Source of the DNA: Octopus sinensis | Taxonomy: Eukaryota | DNA length: 64,000 nt | NCBI RefSeq assembly: GCF_006345805.1 | Contig: NC_043001.1 | Coordinates: forward strand, 42,408,001 to 42,472,000 | Direction of reading: 5' to 3' | Shown here: one piece after another, positions 48,797 to 63,400 of the stretch | How positions within the stretch are numbered: position 1 is the stretch's first letter | Layout of the letters: every line of letters starts with the position of its first letter | The notes under the pieces: generated by a model | Databases searched by the model: none | Seen by the model: the letters and a program-made list of their open reading frames with translations, nothing else | Told to the model about the DNA's origin: nothing | Made by a program: the position numbers and the translations under genes

Positions 48797-50479
48797 TAGC
48801 AATAAAACCCATCATTGATTATTACTTTTACTGTTTATTGGGAGCCACATTGTATGTATTATTATATGGATAATTTGCATCTGTATGTGGGCATTTTTGG
48901 AAGAGAAAACTATGTAATAATTGAAAGTAGAAGAAAGATCAATATCATACATGAACTTGTGTTTGTTTATGATATGACAATAATGAGTTGTATGTGTTAT
49001 TTTATTTATCTAGCATTTCGTTGATGTTCGGTTTCAGATGCACATCAAGCTTTCTTTCTCTGTTGCAAGCCACATTCATGTCTCATCATCATTATCTGAT
49101 GCACGTCATGCATTTGTTTGGTGTTCGTTTTGTGACGGTCTTTTTTTATGAGTAATAGTGAAATGAAATTTGGATACTTTGTAACAGTAATGCAAGGAAA
49201 ATAGGTATATCATATAGAAGAATAGCTTAAGGGAATGAGAAACTTTTTTGATAAGGAATATCATCAGTAAGTTGTAGTGAAACGAAAGTACAAATGATGT
49301 GTGAATATCAGAAAATATAGTGAAATGAATACTGTGCATTGAAGCCAGAACTATTTTTGATGTGTGACACTCATTTCATTAGTTAGCTTGTATTTGTATG
49401 CTTGGAGAAAAGTACACATATCAGAGGCGGAAATCATTTGTATAGGTAGAAGAGAAATATATGTCAGGAGTGGAAATCATTTGTGTAGGATTGCTACAAG
49501 TCTTCAGGATTTTTCAAAAGAGTTTTGTAGTTCAATGTAAGATTTATTAGTAACTTGAAAGTTTTGAGTTTTCTCAGTGTCGACAAAGTCACAGTACTTT
49601 TTTCGGAGGTGGTCTCCGCCTCATCTTAAAAAAAATAATAAAATGAAGTATAAGGCTTGACATAGTTTGACCTTGCAAATAAGTTAATGCATGTTTGGAA
49701 TGTTGAAAATGATGCAATATTGCAGCATATGTACTCTAGCAAAGAGTAACTAACATCAACTTTTGCAACCATATTTGTATTGAAATACACTCTGATGTTT
49801 TAATTAATTTAAAATAATCAAGGATTTGGTAAAAATAAAAGAAGAAAAAAAACATGGTGGTATTTGAAACAACAAAAGATTCTTACATAAAATTATGATG
49901 AAATATTTTAATTTTAATTATTAACATTTCAACATGTGTAGCTTTGTATCATAGAACTAGTGATCGCAGTCAAGTTGATATCAAAAGGGTTGACTTTGAA
50001 TATATATTTATAAATGCAGAGAGAGACAGACAGACACATGTATGCATTATCACATAAAGCACGAAGGGCCACAATCGGGGCCATAGGGCACATGTCGACA
50101 AGCCATGATTATGCCCCAGATAGAGGCATTTTATTTTTGGGTGTTGCTGGGGTCTAATGTCACTCAAACACTCTGATGCTCCTCGAGAATGCAAGAGGAC
50201 AAATAGTTGAACTAATGAATTTTTAGATGATATAAACTTGCCACCATTATATACTAAGAAGATATTTTAACTATTTTTTAATTTTTTGTGTGTGCATGGT
50301 AGTCTCATTTTCATAAAATGTGCTCAGCAGTCCATGTAGCTAAGTCCAAATCCCAGCTCTTTATGGGTTAAGCAATTTCAAATTGAACACCATTTGAGTT
50401 TTATCAACCTAACAAAAGAACCTTCGTATTCTATGCTTTCTTGGATAAGATTTGTCATGAACTAATCGGTGATGTGAAG

Positions 50480-50952
50480 GTCAGTATCTAAGTGGGACAT
50501 AATCATCCAGCAACTGCAGAGGATCGTTTGGTTGATGTTGGATTGCATGAGGTGGAACAAGCTAAACATGCAACCACAAACAATTGTTGTGCTGTGTGCA
50601 TGGAGAAACATAGGCGGGCTAAGAGAGCAAATCCTAATGCTCAATATAAGGACTTGCCAAAACAGTTGAAGACTATTTTCTGATGTAACCACTGCAAAGT
50701 TTTCCTCTGTATTGGGAAACCAAGATCAAACTGCTAGCATGACTGGCACAACAAAGTGCTGTGTTGGGAATAGATTAATGAAGAAAGATTTGAACATCTT
50801 GTATTCTATCATTTTTCACCATTTTGTACCCTTATGTTGTGAAACAAGCATGTCTTTCAGCATAGATTCTAAAATTAAAAATTTTCAGTGAAACTCGCAG
50901 GGAGCTTAGGGTGGTGCATTCAATTCCTGTGGGTGGTTAGGGTTCCTAAAGG
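50480..50952 (+). mobile_element. piggyBac transposon 3' remnant (Cys-rich C-terminal domain and right end)
   Basis: CCAVC...KTIF*CNHCKVFLC...C*HDWH fits the piggyBac CRD pattern; ends AAAGG followed by TTAA (50953-50956). Confidence 0.75.
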
Positions 50953-51108
50953 TTAAAAACCAGATGATACTTGTGCTGAAACTCTTTAAATTGAGAGCCA
51001 ATCCCACTCTCTAAACAACATATGCATTAGTCCTTATAAGAAGAACTAGTCTATATATTTGGATGCAAAAGAAGTCACAGGTGTTACATGAAAGTTTTCC
51101 TTCTACAG

Positions 51109-52870
51109 TAGTGTTTCCCAAACTTTATGTGCCACATTGCAATATTGCCCAACAAAATTGTTGTCCTGTCATTGCCATTTGGACTAAATATATGGTCGTT
51201 TACAAAACCCTTATTGTGAGTTTAGTTTTGTTATTAGTGTGAATAGCTCTATATTATGCAGACAGATTAACTTCTGGAAACTTGCGCTTTCTTTTACACT
51301 GATTTTCATTTTCCCTAAATGAACCATTGATCAGAACTACCGATGCAAAAATAATTAATGATTGTATTATAAAGGAAAAAAGTAAAACTTTTTAATGAGA
51401 ACTATGTCTGGTGCAATGCAGCTAGTGCAGATACATTTGGTTTCAAACTTGTGAACTTTAGCCGCAAGTCTTCTCGTTGTGTCACATCCTGTCCAATTCT
51501 TTTATGGGAAAGTAAAGTTCCAACATGGTTAAAACCAGGTATGAGGTAGGGAAGGCAAGCAAAAGTAATTTCAGATGTTTCCACAGATTGGGGTAGGAAT
51601 TCAATATACTCTGATGCTACCACAAACTTTCTTTGCCATTATGACAATATCACATTGTAGCGTCAAAGAATCAAGTTGTGGAAATTGGAATTGACGTTTT
51701 TAAATGTTAGTCTTATACAACAGCAATTTCGAAATGAAGGTAGTGATAAATGATTCGCAATCAATGAGAGTTTTTGTTTCCTTGCAATAACTTATTCAAA
51801 TCATTTAATTTTGTGAATATATCACAAAGAAAAAAGATATCGCACCTTGCAGCCATCAATGAAGTGGATAGTGGAGTATCTTCAAAGAAAGAGATGATTA
51901 TATGAAACAGTTCAACAAAACATAAAACAGTTTCCTTTTGACAGCTACTGCACTTCGGTATAAGAGTTTAGTATGGGCCTCGTCATTTCTCAGACAGAGT
52001 TGATGGAAAATTTGATCAGACAAGGGACTGGACTTCAATTTGTTCACAGTCTTGATAACTAACTGTAGTGAATCATTCAATATACTGTTCATATTTTTTG
52101 CCACTAGATGCTGCTGGTGTGCCAAGCAATGAACAGTTAGTATCTGGTGGGTAATTTCCTGCTTTAAAAGAGATGAAAAACTTCTGTATCTTCCTATCAT
52201 CGAAGGGGCTCCATCAGATGCACAGGCAAGAATATTACTGAGTGGGATATTATGTTCAAAAAGGAAAGACTTGAAAGTGTGAAAAATAATTGCACCAAGC
52301 AGCAATTTCTCTATGAACAGCATTTCTTCACAAGATTGAAGGTCTTCGCTGAAATACTGAACATATACCATCATCAAACATTGATTGTCCACAACAGTTG
52401 ACTCATACACTTGTATAGAAAATTCAGAACGCTGAAAAATATTAATGAGCTGATGTTTGACATCGTTAGCCATTTCACCGTTGTATTGAGAAATTGCGTT
52501 ATTGCTAAGTGGTATCTTCATTTTATTGGGTCTTTCGTGCATAATGGTTGACAAAACCCCTTCAATAACCAAGGGAAGTAATGTTTCTCCAATTGTGTGA
52601 GACTTCCCAGACTTAGCAACAAGCAATGCAATGTTGTATGATGCAATCAACTCGTCATTCTCCTGTTTACTAGTTTCCTGGAGTAGCGTGTTGAATCTGT
52701 ATTTGCTTTTTGAAAGAGGAGCTCAGTTGCAAAAAGTATGATAACGTTTTGTCCTTCTTGTCAGAATGCTTTGCATCAAAGTGATACTTCAAGCATGAAG
52801 GATTCATTGCTTCGTTGGTCAATGTTTGACGGCAAAGAAGGCCCATTGGTAACTGACAGTTCTTAGGAGA
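51109..52870 (-). mobile_element. Decayed Buster-type hAT transposon
   Basis: 250-aa ORF 52650-51898 with HTIGETL, IPLSNN, SDGAPSMIG and HCLAHQQHL motifs; upstream NEAMNPSCLKYHFDAKH zinc-finger remnant; TIR-like TAGTGTTTCCCAAACT at 51109. Other end not found. Confidence 0.9.
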
Positions 52871-54929
52871 GGGAATTTATCCAAACAATAAATAATCACT
52901 ACTGTACTGTCGACAAATTTTCTTGAATGACGGCATCATTAAAGTGAAAATGTGGAAATGAATTTCTACAGACGGCATCAGAAAGATAGTATGGTATTCC
53001 CAAAGAGAAGAAGAAGTCAACAGAGCAGAGTCAGATGACATGTTTTTACTGGAGCAAATACAGATCTAGTTCGTTTGCCTGCTAGCATTTCAAAAATTAA
53101 AGTTTATTGAAAATTTTAGAATTTGGCACATTAATGTACCTTTCCAAGCTAAATTGCTGGAGTTATTCAACTTTTTCCAGAAAAATGTTTTAAAAAGTTA
53201 TATAGGTTTCAAGTTTGATCATTCTCACCCAGTCAAGAAACATGATTTCAAAGCTATCATTTTGTACGGGACTGCACATTTTGTCCACATCCTGAAAATG
53301 GCACTTGTGTTTTGATATGAAACCACAGAATTGTGCCCGACATATAACCTCCACATAACTTTATTATTTTTCGGAGTTTTCAGAAAATTTTTGTGAATTT
53401 GAATTTTATACGTGGGACTTCATACGATTATACAAAAAAAAAAAAAAAGAAAAAATTGAGGTGAAAAAGAAAAAATTTGGGCTTATTAGGGTTGTCTGTT
53501 TAGTCACTCGTAGTACTGCTGGTAACTTATAACCCAATGACCTGTTGATTGGTCAGACTGTTGGCAACTAAAGTGACTAAATATACATACAGATTGACTG
53601 GTATTTTTATGTGCAATAGTGGTTATTTTGGGAATGTAGTTATGCTCTGAAGATTGGAAGATGTAGCAGTGCATCACTGAATACAATTTATTTTCTTAAT
53701 TTTATAATTCATACTTTTATTTTCTTCTTAAATTGCACACTTTTAGTTTTGTGTATGATTTATTAATTAAACTTATCTGGATTAGGCATAGCCTGTTTTC
53801 ATCCAAGGTAATACGAACATCTCTTTATTTAACCCCTCATTTGTTTATAATCTTTCATTGAAGCTATGAAAGGGAGATTCAGATTTAAGTCTGTTCATTC
53901 TCTTGCTCACTAAGTTTTATGCTACATTACTCTAGAAAGCTGAAAATGGATGTGAGTACATCATAGATGCATACACTATTATAAAATACATATTATGTGT
54001 AGTGTGTGTATGCTTGTGTATTTACACATACATCACACTATGGAGTCTTTGGAAGACTACAATCTCTGGAACCTTATAGGTCAGTTGATACATCTTAGGT
54101 ACCATGGAGCATAATGCTTTTCAAAACTAGATCCTTTCAAACTACGTGCTCAGTGTCATCTCATAGTATTAGTATAATTTAGGAGCAAATGACAGTTTTG
54201 ACTCAAATCTCATTAGATATGCAAACTTACTGGATACCCAATTGTTGCCTTCTGTGTGTGCTTATAATAGACATCGTATTTTTGACACTATTTTTACTTA
54301 TACTTCATTCTTTTATTTTTGTCCAGTTTCTTTGCTTGATTGATTAATTACCGGATATGTTAGCAAATTATTTAAATATATATCCAAATAGTTCATAAAG
54401 TGGAATAAGTTGGTTTGTGATAGAGGAAAGGAAATGTAAAATAAAGGAGTAAGGAATTATGGCTGACTTTCGAATCATACATGCCTCATCCATAACTTGT
54501 TCCTTTTTTTATTTTTTTTATTTTAAATCTTTGGATTATGTTTTAAACACTGATTTCTATTCGTTAGTATGTGTGTGTACGTGTGTGTTAAAAAACATAA
54601 TAAATGCACAAACAGAAAAATAGACACTGAAGGTCACCAAATTCTCGTCAGTTATTGGCCAAATGCAATTTCGCACCTTCAACAATATATATTTTCATTC
54701 ATTAAAAAATTGTTTTAGATTTATATGTTTAAAACCTTGAAGATTATGATTCTGCATAAAAAAATGGAAAAAGAAAAATGATATATTTTTCAAAATAAGA
54801 ATTTTTTTTTATTTCTTTATTTTACTTTGGAAATTATTTTGGCTTAGAATTCTTTTTTTTTTTTTTTCAGTACAATACACAAACTTAATAATAATAATTA
54901 TTATTAGTCATACAGGTCAAAATAACCAG

Positions 54930-55285
54930 TGTAGGATCATAGATTTTGCAATTTCCTATAGTAGAGGGTCAGTACCAAAGAAATTGATAAAATTGAGAGA
55001 TATCAGGGTCTAGCCTGAGAGCTGAGGAAACTGGAAGACCAAGATAACAGTTATTTCTGTAGTTATTGATGCACTTGGCACAACACTCAAAATGCTACCT
55101 AAAAGACTGAAAGAGATTGGAATTGAAACTTGCATTGTCAACCTGCAGCAAAGTCCCATTCTGTAGCCTGCAAGAATCGTAAGGAAAATTCTTGAGATTT
55201 GAGGAAACTTGTCACCAAACATCAAAATAAAATATCTACTAACTAAATTAGCATGCACTAGCATCATAATAATGATAATGATAAA
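54930..55285 (+). mobile_element. R4/Dong-like non-LTR retrotransposon 3' end (restriction-like endonuclease domain)
   Basis: Frameshifted CRIIDFAI...KEIDKIERYQGLA*ELRKL...VISVVIDALGT..KRLKEIGI...LQQ..IL..ARIVRKILEI*, followed by a TAA/TGA-type tail; TAA repeats upstream. Confidence 0.72.
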
Positions 55286-55719
55286 GTATTAAATAATTAA
55301 AGCACTAGTATTGTACTCATTTTTTCAACAAAAATTTCTTTCAAAGAATTTTCCAGAGCAAAATAAACTCTCCAAAAAATGAATTCAATTAATGGACATT
55401 ATATATCTTCCACTTTCTTACTTCTGACTATACTATAGAGGATAAAGTCTTCATTAATTATTGTTGGGTGGGTGCATGAAGTGAGGCTTGAATTAAACTG
55501 AAACACTAAAATTATTATCAATATTAAATTTATATGTGGAACTGTGTACATACTTCTGTATATTTTAATATTGCTAGTAATTTCTAACTCCTACCATAAA
55601 GGATCCTGCCCAAAATGCCAGACTTTTCACAGCAAATTAAATCAACTTTGTGAAATGATCCATCTGTTGACATGGACCATCACTTGTTTCCTTGGATTCT
55701 ACTGTTTCACTGCTCAAAT

Positions 55720-56140
55720 GCAGTTTTTCACCATTTGTTGAGGTTACTTGTCATCTTTTCCTGTGAGATACAACATCCGGAGTTCAGCCTCCAATGCTTC
55801 TTCACATCTTCCTCTTCAACTGATTCTTTCTATCTGGATCACTTGACTTTCCTTCACCCACCTTTCATCCTTCATATGCAACATATTTGTGCTAGTACAG
55901 TCTTCTCTTTTCCATACCATGGCTTATTTCCTTAAACATCCATATTTTCTCTTAGCTCACTTCTGTATTCTGCTTTCACACATCTACATTTAATCACACA
56001 TAGGCATTATACAATTAACACTTCATTAGGAGAGAAGTAACCCTTTGTTGCCAGTAGAGGTAGTGGTTCTCTGAACTTTTTCCACTCTTTCCTTATTCTG
56101 GTTGCTATCTTTTTGCTGTAACCCCCTTCACTTCTAATTA
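55720..56140 (-). mobile_element. Decayed RTE LINE 3' fragment
   Basis: Homologous to 48180-48700 and 15430-15900. Confidence 0.7.
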
Positions 56141-56459
56141 GGGAAATTTGTGTGTGTTAATAAATATGGTCTTTTAAAAATGATTATTCAAAAGTATCAA
56201 ATTTGATGATATAAATCATTGTTTCTCAACTACGGTCCATATAAGGTTTTATTGTTAAAATTTATGTACACTAAGTTGGTTATACTTCTACAACACAAAA
56301 AATATTTTAACAATTTTTGTTATACAATTCCTAATATTTAATTATAAAAATATAATAAGATTCTTTAAACATTGAATGGCTATGAGGGTCCATCTGAGTA
56401 AAATAGGAATCAAAGGGGTTCATAAAAGGAGAAAAATTTAAATGCTCATTAATTAAGAT

Positions 56460-56621
56460 CAGAGGCATAGCTAGGTGGGGTTGGGGGAACATTGGGAATA
56501 ATCTGCCTTGGGTAATGCTTTTATGAGATGGCATTTTTGGTCTGCTGTATAATCTTGTATATGAGGTAGGAATGGAGCCAGGGCAGCAAACTCAAGAGTG
56601 GCACACACTAGCTCACCACTG
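56460..56621. mobile_element. hAT-type MITE
   Basis: TIRs CAGAGGCATAGCTAG / CAGTGGTGAGCTAG; degenerate 8-bp TSD ATTAAGAT / AATAAAAT. Confidence 0.55.
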
Positions 56622-57102
56622 AATAAAATGATGAGAATTACACCACTTTCTTAAGTAGATATTTTAATCCAAAACTTTGTTCTTTTTCACTATACCCATG
56701 ACAAAATTAAGATACATGTGATCAAAATACTACCAAGCATCTTGCATGTGATGTCATAGCTATTTTAGATTAATGGATGAAAACAATGTCTTTTGTTTTA
56801 AAACAATCATTCTAAATTTCGTAAAGACTTTATTTTTGCATTTGGTTTTAATTTTGAAATACCTCAAAATGATTTCAATGTGTTTCATAAAAAAATGCTT
56901 AAAAGTCATTTATCCTGGCATCGTCCTTTGATATATTTCTTGAAAGTAATAGCTTAATTTTGGTCTTGGTTGGTTCTAAAATATATTAAGTTTTAAAATG
57001 ATGTGTTTTTGTCAGATATTTGAATTAAAAATTCATAAATTTCTGTATATTCTTTGAAAACAAAATAACAATAAAATCATTCTTAATTTCTTATTTGGTT
57101 GA

Positions 57103-57312
<210 letters not shown>

Positions 57313-59709
57313 TGATATTAATCATTAGCTTGTATCAGTTTTAACGTCTCATATTATTTCAACTACTTTTTATTTAAAATGTTACACTATAAAGTTTGCT
57401 TTTTATTTTTGTCTTTAAAAATTATCTTTGTGGCATTTTAATGTTTATCAAAAGTTAATCACCTAGATACTGGATGGTTTTTTAATAGATCTTTATGAAA
57501 AAAATAGTCATTAATTTGAAGGAAATCATTCAATTTGTTAGTAATTTTCTTGTTGATATTTGATAAAAATATGCTGCAGTGTTCTTGATAGGATTCAAAA
57601 CTATGATGGACATTTGAAAATTAATAACTGGTCAAAAATTAATTTGAATTTACTGTTGTAATTTGGTTTACGAGGCTGACAAGAATATTTGTACATAAAA
57701 TTTCCTGAAAAATGTAAATGAATTTTACTTATTACATAAGTTATCAATCAGTTCAATAGGTATGTTTTAGCAAAATGATCAAGCTCATAAGTAAAGAAGA
57801 TAGATTTCTTTAAAATGAAGGAAGGGTATCATAAAATACTTTCTTAGAAATAATTATATGCATTGTTGATTAGCTTTAATTCATTTGTGCTTGAATCTGT
57901 ATTTTCCTTCTGAAATTTATCCTGTCAGCTTTTGACACACTGCAAAATTTCAAATTTACAGAATTTATTGATTTACACAAAAAACATGAAAAAAGGATAT
58001 CACTGTAATAAAATAAAGGGATTTTTTTTTTTTTAGGTTCTCCATTCCCTACTCTCGTTGATTTACCATTGTTTGCGTAGACAACCTTTTCATATTAAGA
58101 ATAGAGGCTGCATATACAGTGCACCCAACTACATCTTTTCAGATCATTTAAAATACAAACTCGTTTTATTAGTCTCTTAAATACCATCATCTTCTAAGCA
58201 AATGACTATACAAAATAACAAAATGTCATTCCTTAAGTTGCTGAGAAGGTTTGACATCATACACTAAATGCATGACGTCTCTATTCAAAGGCAAACTTTG
58301 TCTTAATTGCATAAGATGATTTAACTACCAGAGAAAATTTTTTTTTATACTAATAACCTGCACTAAAATTTGAATGTTTCTTTCTTTTCTTGTTTTTGTC
58401 TGTACCATCATCTAACTTCATAAAACTGCTCGACACACTACAGGTGCTATTCATATGTGGGTTCCCTTCAAATAATACCCTTACATTTGGAAAATATTTT
58501 CTGTGTTTTGTCTGACTGCAGGCTGTATGAGCAAACATTAAAAACATGAAAAGAATTTTTTCACACAATATAGAGCTATAGTTTGTAAATATATGGTTTG
58601 ACATTTTGCTAAGTATATTTTCAATGATTTTGGTGAAAACTCTTCCCTTCTACTTCTCATTAGAAATGGCTATTGATGCTATCAACTGCCACATCTGCTT
58701 CTTACTCTATTTTCAGTACCATTCTCAATTCTGTTCTCATATTCATCACTTAGCTTTTGTAGCTGAGAAGTTCAACAAATTGTCTAAATAGTTTTACAAA
58801 ATGATGTGAAACCTCAAAGGCAACATAGCATTCATTTTTTAATATGGTTCTTGTGATTTAGCTTTGTATTTAAATTTGTTCATTTCTACTTGTTCTGTTT
58901 TCAAAATGAAACTTCTTAGGTCTTTTAAATTATCAGTTAATTACTATTAGTTTAATGTTACTTTTTGCCAAGATTTGGGAACACTTGTTAGTAAACAGCT
59001 TAATTATTTCACTGGATCGTCACCTTTTTCCAGTATTCATCACTTTAAGTGCAAGATATTAGGATAATCTCTCCTATGTCACATATCAATTCATCATTGA
59101 AATTATGAACGGATTAAAATTATTTGTATATATATTTTAAATGCAAAAATAAAAAATATTAATAATTAAATGAATACTTGATAAGGTTCAAATAAGTGTT
59201 GCAGTCCTATTTGTTGACCTCCACTTTCACATTTACTGTAAAAGAAAAAATGAACATGTGTATAAATCTGTATCTGTAATGATACACACATAATATATGC
59301 ATCCCCACTCTCTCTCTCTCTTTCTCTTTTAACCTAATTCATGTAGGGAATTCCATGGTCCATAAATTAGGTAGTAAGAGCACTACTGGAGTTTACATTT
59401 TAAATGTAGTGTATTGATATAGTAAAGCTTGTTGCCTCACTGTCTGTTGATTGGCTAAAATTACCCAAGTTTCTCAACTTTAATCCCAAATAACATCAGA
59501 TTCTTTAACTTACAAGATAAGGTAATTGGTTGATTGTAATCAAAATTCAGAGTTGCATTGACACACCAAAATTGAAAGCAATCTGGACAAAATTAAAAGG
59601 GGCCTCATTTTGCAAATGAAAAAGACTGCAATAAATTTCTGTCATCTGGCTTTAGAATTGAGTTGATACCTTTATATAAATCCAAAACTTTTGTAATAGC
59701 TTCGAATAT

Positions 59710-59930
59710 AAATGATTTCAGATTTTGGCACATTGTCTGCAATCCAGAGGGAGAGCATAGGTTGATTACATCAACCCTATTACTCAACTGGTACTTATTT
59801 TATCGAACCCTGAAAGAATGAAAGGCAAAGTCAACCTTGATGGAATGTGAATTCAGAATATAAAGACAGATGAAATGCTGCGAAGCATTTTGCCCAGCAT
59901 GCTAACAATTCTGCCACTCCACTGACTTCT
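59710..59930 (-). mobile_element. SINE family A
   Basis: Homologous to 301-522. Confidence 0.8.
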
Positions 59931-60704
59931 TTTGAATAATAATAAAGGGCAGTGTTGAGTCCACACTGAGATTCATAATGATATCTGAAATAATGTTGTT
60001 TAACCCCAGGTCAAGAACTATGATCAAAAGCATTCCAGCTGGGTCCATCCCATTTTTTCCTGTACAGGAAACAAAGGACTACTTTATTCAATGTAAGACA
60101 GTAGGATACAATGTGTGATAGGTGTGGCTGCAATTTCTATCAAGTTAAATGATTAATTAGAAGCACTCCAGCGAATTTTTATTTGAATCTCTCAGTGCAT
60201 ATATGTTTAATGTATCTGTATTGAGCACTTTGTCAGTATTCTTCAGATATCTAATTTTAATTTGAGTTTTATTCATGCTTTTGTGTACTACACAAATTTT
60301 GTTTTCAGAAATATCTTATTATTTTCACTAGCTTTTTGTTTAATTATTTGTCTTTCAATATTTTGTTAAGTCTGCTTTTGTTAACTTTATCTTTCTTTTC
60401 TTTGGAATTGATAAAATAAATTCTGGGATAGCATTGACATCCATTCTATGCCATTTTCTGAATCTCCATAGACCCAGAAAAGTATTAAGTTGAAAAGTTT
60501 CCCCCTTACACATATTTTGACTTCTGAAAATTTGCATCCCAATTCTTGCCTTAAACAAAACCATAAACCCAGGATAATTATTTTTTGTACAATCAATTTT
60601 AATATTGAACAAGTGTTTTGTATTTGGATGTCTTCTTTCACACCTACTCACACCAGTTGATTTTGTTGCCTTTTTTTCTAGGATTTCTTGTTCTTGCAAA
60701 CAAG

Positions 60705-61085
60705 TCATAGGCATGGCTGTGGTGCAAAGCTTGCTTCCCTATCACATGGTTCCGGGTTCAGTCCCAGTGCATGGTACCTTGGGCAAATGTCTTTTATACC
60801 CTCAGGCCTACCAAAGCCTTGTGAGTGGATTTGATAGAGAGAAACGGAAAGAAGCCCATTGTATGTGTGTGTTTTTGTATCAGTGTTTGTCCCCCATCAC
60901 TGCTTGACAACCAGTATTGGTGTTTATGTCCCCATAACTTAGTGGTCCAGCAAAAGAGACCGATAGAATAAGTACTAAGCTTTAAAAAAAGTCTTGGAGG
61001 TCAATTTGTTCGACTGAAACCCTCCAAGGTGATGCTCCTGCATGGCTGCAGCCAATTGATTGAAACAAATAAAAGAATAAAAGAA
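60705..61085 (+). mobile_element. Near full-length tRNA-derived SINE (family B)
   Basis: AGGCATGGCTGTGG head, GGTTCCGGGTTCAGTCCC B-box-like motif, central (TG)n, tail ...GAAACAAATAAAAGAATAAAAGAA. Confidence 0.88.
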
Positions 61086-63009
61086 AATCCTTTTCTTTAG
61101 AATTTGTAATTTCAAATTGTTTCTATGTTGGCTGTAGCATGGACTTTCAGTAGCATTTCAGAAATAAGTTGAATACTTCATTTTGCTGGCCCTAGTTTGG
61201 GAATAAGACAGAACCATCAGATACAAAAGAGCTCATGCTGTGTAGAATTGAAAGAATTTCTTCTGTGATACTTTTGTTTGAAGAATTCAGTGAAGGTTTG
61301 TGGATCAGACAAAATGCCTCCCTTTAGTTTACAATGCAAGCAGTTCTCATATCACATTTTTCAAATTATTTAGTTTTCAAAATAGGGTCCCAGAAATACT
61401 CTGTTACTCTAAAGCATAAGCTAAGCCTCTTTGAAAGAGAGAGAGTGTGTTCATTGTTTTACATCTGCTTTTGCATGCTGGTATGGATCGGACAGGCTGA
61501 GACATCGTTTCACAGCTGGGTGTCTTCCTGCTACCAATCATTTAAGTAACCTCTTACAACATTTAGGGACATGTGTACTCAGCAATTTTAATAAGAAGGA
61601 AATTGCTGCTGTATAAGTAGACCCAAAACATCAACAAATATTTCATCTCCAGTTCAGTCCTGTGTATCTAATGAAATCACTGTACTCTCAAAAGTCAATT
61701 CACATAGCTATAAATGAGTACCATTGACTAGCTTAAGTCATTACTGTAGCCAGTGGGCACTCAGTGCTGAACTTTGAACTTATTCTTCATCTGGCCTTGA
61801 GAAAGAAATGAGGACAATTTTAGTTCATTTAATTTTATTTGTTTGAAATGAATAATCATTTGTTGCTTTTTTCTAGGTAGGTTTGGGTTCTCCTAGATCA
61901 ACAGAATGTCTTCTAATTTTCTAAAATATATTCTCTCAAATATCTTTCTGACATAATCTAGTCATTATTCCCTTGCATTTGTGTCCTTGTAGAAATAAGG
62001 TTTCCTTTCTAAAAAATGTAAAAAATCATACTTATGTTTGGTAGTTTTTCTGCATTATCAGCTGATGCACTAATAAATAAATTGGAGTTATTTGTCAACT
62101 TGCCAAATATACTACTTCAAGTCTCATTCACCTACTTGTTGACTTATTTACACAATGCTAAATTTCACTAGTTTCATATTTTGGTTTTCTCTATCTCTGA
62201 ATGAGATTGCTTTTAGATTTTTAGGCTTTGTGCCCAACTTCAGACCTTTTTCTCAGCTTTCAGTTTTCACATTTCAAAAATGTGAGCAACAATTCTGTAT
62301 TTTTGATTAGGTTATGGTCTTAATATGATTATCTCTTCAATGGGTAGGAATTGAAATAACGAGTTGTTTATATTGATTCTTCCCTTCAGGAACTATTAAG
62401 ACTGATTGACTTGTAGAATTAGCCTGTGAAGAACTGCTATGCATTTACTCTAAATTTCATCTCAGCATAAATTATGCTGGCTCTTCAAAGAAATTATTTT
62501 TGCTGTCAAAAAGGAAAAAATAAAATATTTGACCTTCAGAGCTAGTTACTATATACATTTTAACTTGCATTATGAGCTACTATAAAGAATTAAACTTCTT
62601 TTTTCTAGAATTTCACTGAAAATGGAATTTAATTAACATGTCTAACATAATTGTTTATATAAATCCTGGCCTTTATATTTTGCACACTTGTATTGAAAAT
62701 ATAGTGAAAATATTTCAATATTTTGAAATATAATCTAAATAAATTACTCTGTAAGTTCATTGTTATTATTGTTCTGGCATTTCTGATACCATTTTCTTTG
62801 TAATTCTAGATACACGTGAATGAACACTTTCTTTCAATTTCTCTACTTTAGTGAAGGTTAATATCTTGATTGATATTTCAGAAATGCCATTAAAAATGTC
62901 TTCCAGAAATATCCCAAATTCTAAAGAGATTTTTTGATTTTATTTATTTACATATATATATTCTTTTATTGTTTTCCTTGTTTCAGTCACCATGCTGGGG
63001 CACTGCCTT

Positions 63010-63400
63010 CAAGGGTTTTTGTCAAACGAATCAACCCCAATACTCTTTTTTTTTTTCTTAAGCCTGGTACTTATTCTATTGGTGTTTTTTTATCAAACTG
63101 CTAAGTTATGGTATGTAAACACACCCAACACCAGTTGTCAAGCAATGGCAAGGGACAGACACACACACACACACACATATCTTTTATCTTTTACTTGTTT
63201 CAGTCATTAGATTATGGCCATGCTGGGGCACAATGGGCCTCTTTCAGTTTCCATCTACCAAATCCTCTTTCAAGGCTTTGGTCAGCCCAAGGTTATATTA
63301 GAAGACAGTTGCTCAAGGTATCACGCAGTGGGACTGAACGTGGAGCTATGTGATTGGGAAGCAAGTTTCTTACAACCCAGCCACACCTACAGACACAGAA
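63010..63400 (-). mobile_element. Near full-length SINE family B
   Basis: Reverse-complement homologue of 60705-61085. Confidence 0.8.

Noticed and set aside
53647-53690. CTGAAGA...GATGTA/TGCATC stem...GAAT downstream of CCAAT motifs
   Set aside because: GAAT instead of GAAA, many extra unpaired bases and no stem I or III; insufficient for a hammerhead call.
58021-58180. Poly-T plus AG acceptor-like site in intron 2
   Set aside because: The downstream frame has no GSK3 similarity and ends in a stop; an insertion between beta-3 and helix C is implausible; probably a simple T tract.
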